The position numbers and the translations under genes were made by a program. Below the pieces are notes generated by a model, which had not been told where the DNA came from, made no database searches, and worked only from the letters and a program-made list of their open reading frames with translations. A stretch of DNA of 64,000 nucleotides from Candidatus Altimarinota bacterium (GTDB taxonomy: Bacteria; Patescibacteriota; Gracilibacteria; UBA4473), in contig OZ246423.1 in NCBI GenBank assembly GCA_965231215.1, positions 128,001 to 192,000 on the forward strand, written 5' to 3'. Shown one piece after another: positions 1-10,050 of the stretch (positions are counted from its first letter, which is position 1; every line of letters starts with the position of its first letter).

Positions 1-1
1 A

Positions 2-232
2 GGCGGATGTGAAGAATGTGAAGGACAAGGATACAAAGGCCGAATCGGTATTTATGAAATTTTAGTAATGAGCGAACCTATCAAAAAAGCTATTCTAGAA
101 GGAATGCCTTCACTAGAGGTTCAAAGAGTCGCCCAAGAAGACGGTATGATCACCTTAGAACAAGATGGTTTGATCAAGGTTATGCAGGGCGTAACTTCTA
201 TGGAAGAGGTTTACAAACTTGTTAAAGAGTAG
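2..232 (+). CDS. pilB: 3' end of type IV pilus/T2SS assembly ATPase (PilB/GspE family), partial at window edge
   Basis: Hand translation: GGCEECEGQGYKGRIGIYEIL...GMITLEQDGLIKVMQGVTSMEEV; Zn CxxC, GYKGR and GxTSxEEV motifs; directly upstream of pilC. Confidence 0.9.
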   Translation, partial: GGCEECEGQGYKGRIGIYEILVMSEPIKKAILEGMPSLEVQRVAQEDGMITLEQDGLIKVMQGVTSMEEVYKLVKE

Positions 233-244
233 TATAATCAGGAG

Positions 245-1597
245 ATGGCAGAAAATATAAATCAAAATCCAAGCCCTCAGCCACAAGTCCAATCAGGACT
301 TGGGGGAGGCGCTGCCGCAAACCCTTTTGAAGGGGTACAACTTCCAAATGCTTTTAATAGCCCTGCTCAAGGGACAGTGCCACAAGCTCAAAATACTAAC
401 GCCGTTACAAACGTAGCCAACCAATCTAACACCAATGGAAATGAAACTATTGTCTTAGATATTAAAGAAGACAAGACCAAGAAAATAGAAGCCCAAGAAG
501 AAGCCGCACCATCAATATTGGATGCTATTAACAACTATTTGATCAACCTCTCTGGGATTAAACTAGATGAAAAATTACTTTTCTTCCAGCTTCTTGGATC
601 AATGGTAGGAGCTGGACTTCCAATTATTGATGCCCTCAATCTTTTGATTGCTCAGACTAAGAATGAAAAATTCAAACGAGTAATCACCGATATGCGACAC
701 CAAATTGAAGATGGGGAAAGTCTAGCCGCTGCCATGCGGAATAATGATGATGTATTTGATGAAGCCACGTGTTCCGTAATTGAAGCCGGTGAAAAATCCG
801 GGAAACTGAACGCCATTCTAAAAGAACTAGTAGACCAATACGAACAACTCAGCACCCTTACTAAAAAAATGAAATCAGTAATGACCTACCCCGTAGTGGT
901 AATCATTACGATGTTTGTACTTACTGGTGTAGTCCTTATTTTTGTAGTACCAAAACTAGAAGAACTTTTCGGTGGGGCGAGTAACCTTCCCCTTCCAACC
1001 CGAATTCTGATTACGGGTAGTAATATTATGCTCAGCTACTGGTACTATATCATCATTGGGATTATTGGATCTGTATATGCCTTCTTTAAATGGAAAAAAA
1101 GTAAGGTTGGAGGGAAACAATGGGCTGGATTACTACTCAGAGCGCCCATATTTGGGCAGATCCTTCAAAAAATGATTCTGACTCGAGTAACTCGTATTTT
1201 TGGATTTCTTATTTCAGCTGGAGTCCCCGTAGTAGAAAGTCTCAAAATTGCTTCACATATTGCCGAAAGTCCAATGTACCAAGAAAAACTTCTACTAGCT
1301 GCAGACGATCTAACCAAAGGTATCTCTATTGCCGAAAACCTTTCTGATGATGAAAGACTCTTTCCTACTATGCTCGTAAATATGATGGCCATTGGAGAAA
1401 AAACAGCTTCTCTTGATACCGTCATGGGGAAAGCCGCAGACTTTTATAAAGAAGAACTTGAACGAAAAATTGATGGTCTATCTAAAATGATGGAACCCAT
1501 TATTCTGGGAATTATTGCCTGTGGGGCCGTATTTATGATTTTAGCAATTTATCTCCCAATCCTGAAAATGAACGACCAGGTTGTTGGTGGATTTTAA
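245..1597 (+). CDS. pilC: Type IV pilus platform protein PilC/GspF with Q/N/P-rich N-terminal extension
   Basis: Two T2SSF domains (AGLPIIDAL, GEKSGKL, YPVVV, GEKTASL, EPIIL). Confidence 0.93.
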   Translation: MAENINQNPSPQPQVQSGLGGGAAANPFEGVQLPNAFNSPAQGTVPQAQNTNAVTNVANQSNTNGNETIVLDIKEDKTKKIEAQEEAAPSILDAINNYLINLSGIKLDEKLLFFQLLGSMVGAGLPIIDALNLLIAQTKNEKFKRVITDMRHQIEDGESLAAAMRNNDDVFDEATCSVIEAGEKSGKLNAILKELVDQYEQLSTLTKKMKSVMTYPVVVIITMFVLTGVVLIFVVPKLEELFGGASNLPLPTRILITGSNIMLSYWYYIIIGIIGSVYAFFKWKKSKVGGKQWAGLLLRAPIFGQILQKMILTRVTRIFGFLISAGVPVVESLKIASHIAESPMYQEKLLLAADDLTKGISIAENLSDDERLFPTMLVNMMAIGEKTASLDTVMGKAADFYKEELERKIDGLSKMMEPIILGIIACGAVFMILAIYLPILKMNDQVVGGF

Positions 1598-1657
1598 GCA
1601 CCGCAAAAAAAACCCTGATTCTTTGACTTTTTTATTCCAAATTCTACCTTCTAAGGG

Positions 1658-2248
1658 ATGGAAGATTTAGTCGCGGAATACGGTGTATGGGCGATTGCTT
1701 TCTTTGTTTTAGGGGATGACTTTGGACTCCCCTTTTTTCCCCCTGGGATTATGCTTTTTGCCTATAGCGCCATGGCAAAAACTCATACCCTAAACCTTTG
1801 GCCTATTATCTTCATTGCTTTAACGATTCCCCCCTTCGCCAACTACTGTCTATTTTTTGCAGGAAAAAGAGGATTAAGAATCTACCTAGAGCATCACGGA
1901 CACAAATTTTATCTCCCAAAACATCGTATAAAAAAGGCTGAAGAAATCCTTTCCAGACATGGAGAAAAAGCTATATTTTTTGCCGCATGTTGGAGCACTA
2001 TTCGGCCATTTTGCTCGTTAGTAGCTGGATCACTCGGGATGAATACCTCTAAATTTATGTTCTACCATTATCTGGGGGTAATGACCTGGGCTACCTTTTT
2101 AATAGGAGGCGGATACTACTTCGGAGCTGACGCTTGGGTCTGGGTAGAAACTAACTGGAAATATGTATTGCTTGGACTCATGGGATTAATTCCCGCCTAT
2201 TTTTATTGGTACAGTTACTTCCATAAGACCGAAACCAAAAAGAAATAA
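1658..2248 (+). CDS. DedA family membrane protein
   Basis: GLPFFPPG, HGEKAIFFA..RPFCSLVAG, KF..Y..LG..W motifs. Confidence 0.85.
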   Translation: MEDLVAEYGVWAIAFFVLGDDFGLPFFPPGIMLFAYSAMAKTHTLNLWPIIFIALTIPPFANYCLFFAGKRGLRIYLEHHGHKFYLPKHRIKKAEEILSRHGEKAIFFAACWSTIRPFCSLVAGSLGMNTSKFMFYHYLGVMTWATFLIGGGYYFGADAWVWVETNWKYVLLGLMGLIPAYFYWYSYFHKTETKKK

Positions 2249-2289
2249 GCTTCGAAAAAAATCCTATTTGCGTATGATGTCGTCGTTAT

Positions 2290-3624
2290 ATGCCACAAAT
2301 GACCAAAAAAATTTTAGTAATCGGAAACGGAGGACGTGAACACGCTATCATCGAAGCCCTATCACGTTCACCACAAAACGTCACTATCTATAACTTTGCC
2401 AATGCTTTAAATCCAGGGATTAATGCGTTATGTGAAGAAGTTATTGTAGGCGATTATATGGATATGGAAGCGGTAAAGACCATAGGCGCAAAAATTCAAC
2501 CAGACTTTGCCATCGTTGGGCCAGACGATCCTATCGGGGCCGGAGCAACAGATGCCTTAAATGAAATAGGAATACCAAGTTTTTCTCCGAACAAAAATTG
2601 TGCTCAACTTGAAAGTTCTAAATCTTTTACCCGAAACCTCTGTCATAAATACGACATCCCAGGACAACCCACCTACATGGTGTCTCAAAAATCAGACGAA
2701 ACTAAAACTCGAAAAACCTTCTTTAATCAGCTCGAAGGTCAGGTTGTAGTCAAAGCTGATGGGCTCCTGGGTGGAAAAGGCGTAATCGTCGCAGGAGATC
2801 ACTTTGAAACATTCGAAGAAGCTGAAGATTTCGCCCTGCAGTCTATTGAAAAATTTGGTCGCGTAGTCCTAGAAGAAAAACTTATCGGAGAAGAATTTTC
2901 CCTTATCTCCCTTGTCGATGGGGAAACCGTTCTGGACACCCCTGCTATCCAAGACCATAAAAGAGCTTTCGAAGGTGACACCGGCCCCAATACCGGGGGC
3001 ATGGGATGTATTTCAGATGAAAATCATTCCCTCCCCTTTCTTACTCAAAAGGATTTAGAAGCAGCCCACGAAATTACCGTCCAAACTATGAAAGCGGTTG
3101 AAACCGAGACTGGTACTAGATTTATAGGGGTTATGTACGGAGGGTTTATGGTCACCAAAAATGGAGTCAAACTCATTGAATACAATGCTCGATTTGGTGA
3201 TCCAGAAGCGCTTAATATTCTCCCAATACTGGAAACTGACTTTGTAAAAGTGTGTGAAAAAGCTATAGCTAAAGATCTAAAATCAATCGGAAAACTTCAG
3301 TTCAAACCCGTAGCCACGGTCGTCAAATACCTCTGCCCAGAAGGCTACCCCACTAAAGCTGTCAAAAACGTGCCTATCGAATTTAACGGTAACGATACGG
3401 AAGGTATCTACTACGCCTCTGTAGAGGAAAAAAATAAGGAAAAGCTCTTAAAAGGTTCCCGAGCGGTCGGAATCTTAGGAACAGGGGTCCATTTGGAAGA
3501 AGCCCGAATCAACTGTGACCAAAAAATAAAACAATTCAGCGGTCCCCTCTTTTCACGAAAAGACATTGGAACCCAGGCATTAATCCAAAAACGAATCGAT
3601 CATATGCATCAGGTTCGAGGTTAG
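2290..3624 (+). CDS. purD: Phosphoribosylamine--glycine ligase
   Basis: GNGGREHA, KADGLLGGKGV, QDHKRAFEGDTGPNTGGMG, EYNARFGDPE. Confidence 0.97.
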   Translation: MPQMTKKILVIGNGGREHAIIEALSRSPQNVTIYNFANALNPGINALCEEVIVGDYMDMEAVKTIGAKIQPDFAIVGPDDPIGAGATDALNEIGIPSFSPNKNCAQLESSKSFTRNLCHKYDIPGQPTYMVSQKSDETKTRKTFFNQLEGQVVVKADGLLGGKGVIVAGDHFETFEEAEDFALQSIEKFGRVVLEEKLIGEEFSLISLVDGETVLDTPAIQDHKRAFEGDTGPNTGGMGCISDENHSLPFLTQKDLEAAHEITVQTMKAVETETGTRFIGVMYGGFMVTKNGVKLIEYNARFGDPEALNILPILETDFVKVCEKAIAKDLKSIGKLQFKPVATVVKYLCPEGYPTKAVKNVPIEFNGNDTEGIYYASVEEKNKEKLLKGSRAVGILGTGVHLEEARINCDQKIKQFSGPLFSRKDIGTQALIQKRIDHMHQVRG

Positions 3625-3721
3625 GCAAAAATGGCTCTGTATGGAGAAATAGGTTGTTTTTGTCACCCTCTACCACTTCACCTTGATATCGGAATACAAG
3701 ATCGGTAAGCTGCTCACACTT

Positions 3722-4831
3722 ATGGGAAACATAGATAAAGGACTCTTTTTTGCCTTCGTGGGCCTCACCGTTTTTGGATTAGTGATGATGAGTTCTATGA
3801 GTGTGGCAGGGAGTTTTGAAGTAACCGGAAGGAACGATTACTACTTCCTCAGGCATCTTTTATATATCGTGCTCGGAATCCCTGTTTTTTTGATTGCCCT
3901 CAAATTCCCCTATGACTTGTTGCGGAAAATTTCTCCATTAGGATTTGTCTTTGCCATTACCTTACTGCTTTTGGTACTAATTATTGGCCAAGATTTTGGT
4001 ACCGCGGCAAAATCCTGGCTCCGTATAGGGCCTCTCTCCTTGCAACCGGTAGAAGTCGCAAAATTAGCCGTAATAGTCTTTTTAGCCGCCATCTATTCTA
4101 GTGGGAAAAATCGTGTAGACACACTACAAGGCGGATTCATGCCCTTCGTATTTGTATTGGGAATACCAACATTATTGATTATGGCACAGCCTGATTTTGG
4201 ATCACTACTAGTAATGACCACTATCGCTGGAACGCTTTATTTTGTAGCTGGAGCAAATTTAAAACACTTTTTTGGAGGTATTATTGCCGGAGTTTTGGGG
4301 GCCACACTCGTCATTCTTACCAATCCTTATATCGCGAAAAGATTTCAAGTATTTATGAACCCAGAACTAGACCCCTTAGGCGCCGGATTTCAGGTAAAAC
4401 AAGCCCTTATTGCCATTGGTTCTGGAGGACTTTTTGGACGAGGATTCCAAAACTCTATCCAGAAATTTGATTACCTTCCAGAAGTACAATCTGACACTAT
4501 TTTCGCAGCTATTTCTGAAGAAATGGGATTTGTACGAATCTTATGCCTGATTGGCATTTACTTTTATATTGGGTACCGAGGATTATACGTAGCGCGGAAT
4601 GCTCCGGACAAGTTCACACAGTTGCTCGCTATAGGTATTAGCGCCTGGATTGTAGGACAAGCCTGTATCAATATTGGCGTAAATCTAGCGCTCCTCCCTA
4701 ATACCGGGATCACCCTACCCCTCCTTTCCTACGGAGGAAGTTCCCTCTGGGCGACCTTTGCTGGTATGGGAATACTACTCCATATATCAGCCAATATTAA
4801 AACTCCTGGAAAACGTCGCTACAACTTCTAA
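3722..4831 (+). CDS. ftsW: SEDS family peptidoglycan polymerase FtsW
   Basis: QPVEVAK, QPDFG, LPEVQSDTIFA, GITLPLLSYGGSS; adjacent to murG; ATG 3722 preferred over TTG 3683. Confidence 0.92.
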   Translation: MGNIDKGLFFAFVGLTVFGLVMMSSMSVAGSFEVTGRNDYYFLRHLLYIVLGIPVFLIALKFPYDLLRKISPLGFVFAITLLLLVLIIGQDFGTAAKSWLRIGPLSLQPVEVAKLAVIVFLAAIYSSGKNRVDTLQGGFMPFVFVLGIPTLLIMAQPDFGSLLVMTTIAGTLYFVAGANLKHFFGGIIAGVLGATLVILTNPYIAKRFQVFMNPELDPLGAGFQVKQALIAIGSGGLFGRGFQNSIQKFDYLPEVQSDTIFAAISEEMGFVRILCLIGIYFYIGYRGLYVARNAPDKFTQLLAIGISAWIVGQACINIGVNLALLPNTGITLPLLSYGGSSLWATFAGMGILLHISANIKTPGKRRYNF

Positions 4832-4834
4832 ACT

Positions 4835-5977
4835 ATGCCTAAGAAAATATTACTGGTTGGTGGAGGTACGGGGGGGCATATCCTCCCACTCAAAAACCTG
4901 GCCCAAGAATTACTGGATAAAAAAGCCACCGTACATTTGGTAGTAGCCGACACCTTTTTGGACAAAAAAATTATTCAAGAAAACTTTAATACCAAGCACC
5001 TCAAAGTCCATTACCTTAAAGCGCATAAGATAGACTATCACTTTAGTCTCAGAAATTTCGTAGCCCCATTTAAAATTATAGGTTCACTCTGGGCCGCTAG
5101 AAAATTAGTGAAATCTATAAATCCTGATGTGATATTTTTTAAAGGGGGATTTGTGGGCTTACCAATTCTGGTTGCCGTAAAATTTCTGATAAGTTCAACC
5201 TATTGGAGATCCTCAAACACAAGTAATTCGAAGAATGTCGAAAATTTACGAGATAAACGTACCAAATCCGTACGCGTTCAAAAAAATTCTTCCAGTGACG
5301 AAGAAGGACGAGCTATTTCAGGGGTTCCAAAAATTTACCTACATGAATCAGATATAACCAGCGGCAAACTCACCCAAATTTTTACTAAATATGCTGACCG
5401 GATATTCCAAAATTTTGGGAAAAATCCAATGCCTCTTTTCTATTGGCCAAAGAAGCTGCCAAAAGTGAGCCAAAAAACAAAACCTCAAATTCTTATTTTT
5501 GGAGGATCTCAAGGGGCACAGTTTCTAAACAAAATCATTACTAAAAATGGAGAAGCGTTATGCAAAAATTTTTTTATTACATTAGTAACAGGCCCCAATA
5601 ATAGCGTCTTATTTGAGAACAAAAATTTTGAACAATATGAATTATTACCACAAGCAACCTTAATCCAAAAAATTCTCGAATCTGACATTGTCATAGCCAG
5701 AAGCGGCGCTTCTATCTTCCAAGTTTTAGCCGCACGAAAACGCCTTATTTGTGTCCCCCTTCCTACTTCAGCGCGAAACCATCAGCTTCACAATGCACAG
5801 TACTTTGAACGTCAGGGGCTGGCCTATACCCTCAAACAGAATGCCCAAACCAACCAAAAACTCATCCCCACCATCAAAAAAATTTTGAAAGACCCACACC
5901 TTTCAAAAAACCTGAAAAAGGCTCCTATAACTGAAGCCTCTAAAGATATTGCCCAAGCCATTTTACATTCATCATAA
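4835..5977 (+). CDS. murG: Lipid I N-acetylglucosaminyl transferase MurG carrying an ~43 aa in-frame insertion
   Basis: GGGTGGHILP, KGGFV, HESD, GGSQGA, HQLHNA motifs; follows ftsW. Confidence 0.92.
   Translation: MPKKILLVGGGTGGHILPLKNLAQELLDKKATVHLVVADTFLDKKIIQENFNTKHLKVHYLKAHKIDYHFSLRNFVAPFKIIGSLWAARKLVKSINPDVIFFKGGFVGLPILVAVKFLISSTYWRSSNTSNSKNVENLRDKRTKSVRVQKNSSSDEEGRAISGVPKIYLHESDITSGKLTQIFTKYADRIFQNFGKNPMPLFYWPKKLPKVSQKTKPQILIFGGSQGAQFLNKIITKNGEALCKNFFITLVTGPNNSVLFENKNFEQYELLPQATLIQKILESDIVIARSGASIFQVLAARKRLICVPLPTSARNHQLHNAQYFERQGLAYTLKQNAQTNQKLIPTIKKILKDPHLSKNLKKAPITEASKDIAQAILHSS
5203..5330. repeat. Palindromic (RPE-like) element inside the murG coding sequence
   Basis: Imperfect terminal inverted repeats TTGGAGATCCTCAAA / TTTCAGGGGTTCCAA (11/15) and central CGTAC-N7-GTACG hairpin; coincides with the extra peptide in MurG. 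Confidence 0.7.
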
Positions 5978-6001
5978 AACACTTAAACTCAGTGCACCCA
6001 C

Positions 6002-7591
6002 ATGGCCCTTTTTCTTAAATACAGACCGCAGACTTTTGCTGATCTTGTTGGACAAGACAGTGTGAGAAGAACCTTGCAAAATGCGCTTAAGGCTGAACGG
6101 CCATCACACGCCTATCTTTTTGCCGGCTCCAGGGGTACCGGTAAAACTTCTACAGCTCGTATTTTTGCTAAAGGGCTCAACTGTACCAATCTTGTAGACG
6201 GCAACCCGTGTGGTAAATGCGACTTTTGCGTCGGAACGGCCAACGGAACCCTCGTTGATGTAATTGAAATTGATGCCGCTTCAAACCGAGGCATTGATGA
6301 AATCCGTGACCTTCGAGAAAAAATACAATTCGCCCCAAACCTCGCCCAGCGAAAAGTCTACATCATTGATGAAGTGCATATGCTAACTAAAGAAGCTTTT
6401 AATGCCCTCCTCAAAACCCTAGAAGAACCACCAGATCACGCTTTTTTCTGTTTAGCCACTACTGAAATTCACAAAATCCCTGAAACCATCGTTTCACGAT
6501 GTCAGACATTTTTGTTTCAACGATTCACCCTAGATCAACTCATAGATAGGTTGATCAAAATTTGTGAACAAGAAGGAGTTACCTTTGAAAAAGAAGCCCT
6601 AGATCTTATCGCCAGAAAAGCCGAAGGAGGCCTTCGAGACGCTATCTCATTGCTAGAACAAACGGCTAGTGAAATGGATCAAAATCTTACAACTGACAAT
6701 GTACGAGAAAGTCTCGGCATTGCCTCAAGTCAAACCCTGACAGACCTCTATAAGGCCCTCGAAAAACAAGATACTCAAGCTGGTATTGAATTGCTCAAAA
6801 GTGTCGCCATGAATGGACAAGACTTTAGATCTTTTGGACATGATTTTTTAGGATTCCTAAGAGAACAGATGTTTAAAGCTCTGAAGGAAGGGCAAGAAGT
6901 ACACTTTATTCTACACGCTATTGAGGAATTTGAAAAAGCCCTTCAAAGGCTCAAAACCTCCCCTATTATTGAACTTCCCCTCGAAATTGCCGTTATCAAC
7001 CTGACTCAAAGTGTATCGCAAGCCACTCCTCTCCCTCCAAAAACCGTAACACCTCCCCCCTCAGTTGCCAAACCCATTGAAGGAACCACCGCATCTGAGC
7101 CGGAACCAATGCCTTCTAAGTCAGAGTCAAAAGCCAAAACTGAACCGGAACCTAAAGCCAAAGTAGAAAATTCAAATAATAATGGGTTTGTCTTTGAAGA
7201 TGAAGACCCCGCTACCGCTCCTAAACCCCCAACAGTTGAACCCAAAACGAAACCCGAACCGGTATCCTCAAACAGCCCTAGTGATCTCTCTCCACAGGGG
7301 ATTAGTGCTCAAATGGAAACCATTGCCCAAAAGGCCGAACTACCAGTATTTGTAAAGAAGTCGTTTCTTACTACCACCCCAGAAGTAGTAGGCAATGCCG
7401 TAACCTTCAATACTGACTCTGAGTTTCATAGAGAAAAACTAGATACCCCAGAAATAGTCGGAAGAATTATCAGCATTATAAATGCTCTTTTTAATACAGA
7501 GTGTCAGGTAAAATTTCAAAAAAAAGGAGGCACTTCAAATAGTACACCACAAAGCCAAGCAGCCACGGCTGATGATTTTTTGAACTTTTAG
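6002..7591 (+). CDS. dnaX: DNA polymerase III subunit gamma/tau
   Basis: KYRPQTF, GSRGTGKT, EIDAAS, IIDEVHML, SRC; Pro-rich linker. Confidence 0.97.
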   Translation: MALFLKYRPQTFADLVGQDSVRRTLQNALKAERPSHAYLFAGSRGTGKTSTARIFAKGLNCTNLVDGNPCGKCDFCVGTANGTLVDVIEIDAASNRGIDEIRDLREKIQFAPNLAQRKVYIIDEVHMLTKEAFNALLKTLEEPPDHAFFCLATTEIHKIPETIVSRCQTFLFQRFTLDQLIDRLIKICEQEGVTFEKEALDLIARKAEGGLRDAISLLEQTASEMDQNLTTDNVRESLGIASSQTLTDLYKALEKQDTQAGIELLKSVAMNGQDFRSFGHDFLGFLREQMFKALKEGQEVHFILHAIEEFEKALQRLKTSPIIELPLEIAVINLTQSVSQATPLPPKTVTPPPSVAKPIEGTTASEPEPMPSKSESKAKTEPEPKAKVENSNNNGFVFEDEDPATAPKPPTVEPKTKPEPVSSNSPSDLSPQGISAQMETIAQKAELPVFVKKSFLTTTPEVVGNAVTFNTDSEFHREKLDTPEIVGRIISIINALFNTECQVKFQKKGGTSNSTPQSQAATADDFLNF

Positions 7592-7678
7592 TTTCCGTTG
7601 GAATCTCCTCTTTATCTGTAAGAGGAAAAAATAAGAAAATCTGTAACGAAACTAAACTAGAGCCGTTTCACTCTATAG

Positions 7679-7781
7679 TATGAAAAATCTTTACGCATCT
7701 GGAATTTTCTGGTGAGGCTTGTGTTTGCCCCAAGTACTCACTTTTCAATTTTTATGTGAGTACGCCGTAAAATTTTTCATA
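7679..7781. repeat. Nested inverted repeat between dnaX and the ABC transporter
   Basis: TATGAAAAATCTTTACG (7679-7695) pairs with CGTAAAATTTTTCATA (7766-7781); inner GTACTCAC / GTGAGTAC. Confidence 0.6.
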
Positions 7782-7841
7782 AAATCCACAAAAGGCGCAG
7801 GCTCGCATAAGTCGGCCTTTTTTGTTATAATACTTCAACCT

Positions 7842-9629
7842 ATGAAACCTTCAAAATCACAGTATTCTCGTCAAACACTTCTCTACTTCTGGAAAAAATC
7901 TATGAAGTATAAAGGCGTCCTTACGCTCTTTTTTATAGCTTTGGTTATAGCCACCATCGGGCAAGAATTTGTAACCACGCTCATTTTCCGAGAGATATTT
8001 GACACAATGGTAGAAAATCAAGAAACCCCAAAAGTAATTTATCCGGTTCTAATTAATCTACTCATTTTGATGGGATTGAATCACCTTTTCACCACCTTTC
8101 TAGGATGGAGAATAACTGAATTTGTCAATGATTACTTTCAACCAATGGTGATGCGAGACATTGAAGAAGAATGTTTCAAAAAACTTCAAAATCATTCATT
8201 TAAATTCTTCACGAATCACTTTACCGGAGGTCTTGTCTCAAAAACGAATAGGTTTGTCCGAAGTTTTGAAATGGTAGCCGACATCATCCAGTGGAACTTA
8301 GCCAAAATCGTGGTGATGTTTGTAGCCGCCTTTGGAATTACCTACTACTTTTTTCCTCCTATTGCTTACAGTTTTATAGTCTGGACGGCCATTTACGTAA
8401 TCTGCTCCTACTACTATGCCCAGTGGTCAATCAAATACTGGAGAGCCAATGCCGAGGCTGACTCAAAGGTAACGGCTGAGCTAGCCGATAGCCTTACGAA
8501 TATATTTAATGTTAAAATCTTTGCTGCTAAAACGAGTGAACACTCAAGGTATAACACTACGATTTCTAACAGAAGAAAAAAGCGATCCGCCGCTTGGCGT
8601 ACAGGCACCTACATGAAAGTCTGGCAAAGTACCATGATGATTGTATTTGAGATGATCCTGATCTATCTCATGATCAATGCCTGGAGCGCCGGAGAAATGA
8701 CCCTTGGAACTATCTTTGCGATTCAGACCTTTGTGTGGATTATGTTTGGAAACCTTTGGAATCTGGGACGTCTGTTTCAAGACTACGCCAACGCTATAGC
8801 CGACGCAGAAGAAATGATGTCTATTATGCTACAAACTCCGGATATCCTAGATCCTAAAAAAGCTGAAAAATGCCGCATAAATAAAGGAAAAATTGAGTTT
8901 AAAAATATCTTTTTCCGATACGAAACCGAAAAAGGTTCCCCAAAGGTCTTTGATGACTTCAATCTCACCATTCCTCATGGACAAAAAGTAGGACTAGTGG
9001 GTGAGTCTGGAGCGGGCAAATCAACCTTTGTAAACCTTTTGCTCAGGTTTATGGATACCAATGACGGGCAAATTCTGATCGATGAACAAAACGTACAGAA
9101 GATTACTCAGGATGACCTAAGACGAAATATTTCTTATGTGCCACAAGAACCTATTTTGTTTCATCGCACCTTAGCTGAAAACATTCGATACGGTGATTCT
9201 AAAGCCTCCGAAAAAGACATTATCAAAGCCGCCAAAAATGCGCATGCGCATGAATTTATTCAAAAATTCCCAGAAGGGTATGAAACACTAGTAGGTGAAC
9301 GAGGGGTCAAACTCTCTGGGGGACAAAAACAACGTATTGCCATCGCCAGAGCCATGCTAAAAAAAGCTCCAATACTCATACTAGATGAAGCTACTAGTTC
9401 ACTAGACTCTAAGGCAGAAAACTACATTCAAGAAGCCTTAGAGACACTCATGAAAAAGCGTACAACGCTAGTTATAGCCCATAGGCTCAGTACACTCAGA
9501 AAAATGGATCGCATTGTGGTCTTTGATAATGGACAAATTGTAGAAGATGGAACCCATGAATCACTGTTAAAACAAAAAGGGAAATACGCAGAACTGTGGA
9601 ATCATCAATCGGGCGGGTTTATAGAATAA
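7842..9629 (+). CDS. ABC exporter, fused permease/ATPase (MsbA/MdlB-like)
   Basis: TM domain, GESGAGKS, LSGGQKQR, ILDEATS; ATG 7842 lies just after a TATAAT box. Confidence 0.93.
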   Translation: MKPSKSQYSRQTLLYFWKKSMKYKGVLTLFFIALVIATIGQEFVTTLIFREIFDTMVENQETPKVIYPVLINLLILMGLNHLFTTFLGWRITEFVNDYFQPMVMRDIEEECFKKLQNHSFKFFTNHFTGGLVSKTNRFVRSFEMVADIIQWNLAKIVVMFVAAFGITYYFFPPIAYSFIVWTAIYVICSYYYAQWSIKYWRANAEADSKVTAELADSLTNIFNVKIFAAKTSEHSRYNTTISNRRKKRSAAWRTGTYMKVWQSTMMIVFEMILIYLMINAWSAGEMTLGTIFAIQTFVWIMFGNLWNLGRLFQDYANAIADAEEMMSIMLQTPDILDPKKAEKCRINKGKIEFKNIFFRYETEKGSPKVFDDFNLTIPHGQKVGLVGESGAGKSTFVNLLLRFMDTNDGQILIDEQNVQKITQDDLRRNISYVPQEPILFHRTLAENIRYGDSKASEKDIIKAAKNAHAHEFIQKFPEGYETLVGERGVKLSGGQKQRIAIARAMLKKAPILILDEATSSLDSKAENYIQEALETLMKKRTTLVIAHRLSTLRKMDRIVVFDNGQIVEDGTHESLLKQKGKYAELWNHQSGGFIE

Positions 9630-9635
9630 GCTATC

Positions 9636-9665
9636 GCGGGCGGGAATACTTTCCCCCGCGCCCGC
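9636..9665 (+). terminator. GC-rich hairpin after ABC transporter (possible terminator)
   Basis: GCGGGCGGG...CCCGCGCCCGC; lacks a good U-tract. Confidence 0.4.
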
Positions 9666-9767
9666 CCTTAAAATGTGTTTGCTCAGTTAAGGAAATCACA
9701 AGACCTTAACTTTGCTCACCGTTTAAAAAAAAGAAAAAGACAATATTTGACATTTTATTAAAAACAT

Positions 9768-9796
9768 TTGCAATTTAATATTTTTTAAGGTACAAT
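9768..9796 (+). promoter_or_regulatory. Sigma70-type promoter
   Basis: TTGCAA-17 nt-TACAAT upstream of the 9835 micro-ORF. Confidence 0.6.
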
Positions 9797-9834
9797 GCTC
9801 TATCGTCATTTTCTATCTTCTAACCCACCTAAAA

Positions 9835-10005
9835 ATGGCAAACACAAACAAACTGCAAGCGATCTGCAACACCAAAATCTCTTTGGTAACTGGAACGGCT
9901 GCTATTGCAACTGCTTTCCTAGCCGCTCTAAGCGTAATTCCTACTGTAGAAGATCAAAGTACTACACTTCTACAAGCAAGCGTTGTAAACCTTTCTAGCC
10001 TATAA
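9835..10005 (+). CDS. 56 aa single-TM micro-protein (not in ORF track), paralog of the next gene's N-terminus
   Basis: MANTNKLQAICNTKISLVTGTAAIATAFLAALSVIPTVEDQSTTLLQASVVNLSSL; aligns ungapped with 10051 ORF; promoter upstream. Confidence 0.8.
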   Translation: MANTNKLQAICNTKISLVTGTAAIATAFLAALSVIPTVEDQSTTLLQASVVNLSSL

Positions 10006-10050
10006 GAAGGCTTTAGGAATCTACAATATAAACCTAACTCTCTCCTTACC

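Noticed and set aside
7517-7528. A-run followed by G in dnaX as a gamma/tau frameshift site
   Set aside because: Only ~20 codons from the stop, not after domain III, and no obvious stimulatory hairpin
9795-9998. 67 aa ORF from the track
   Set aside because: Starts inside the -10 box; the overlapping 9835-10005 frame is supported by paralogy
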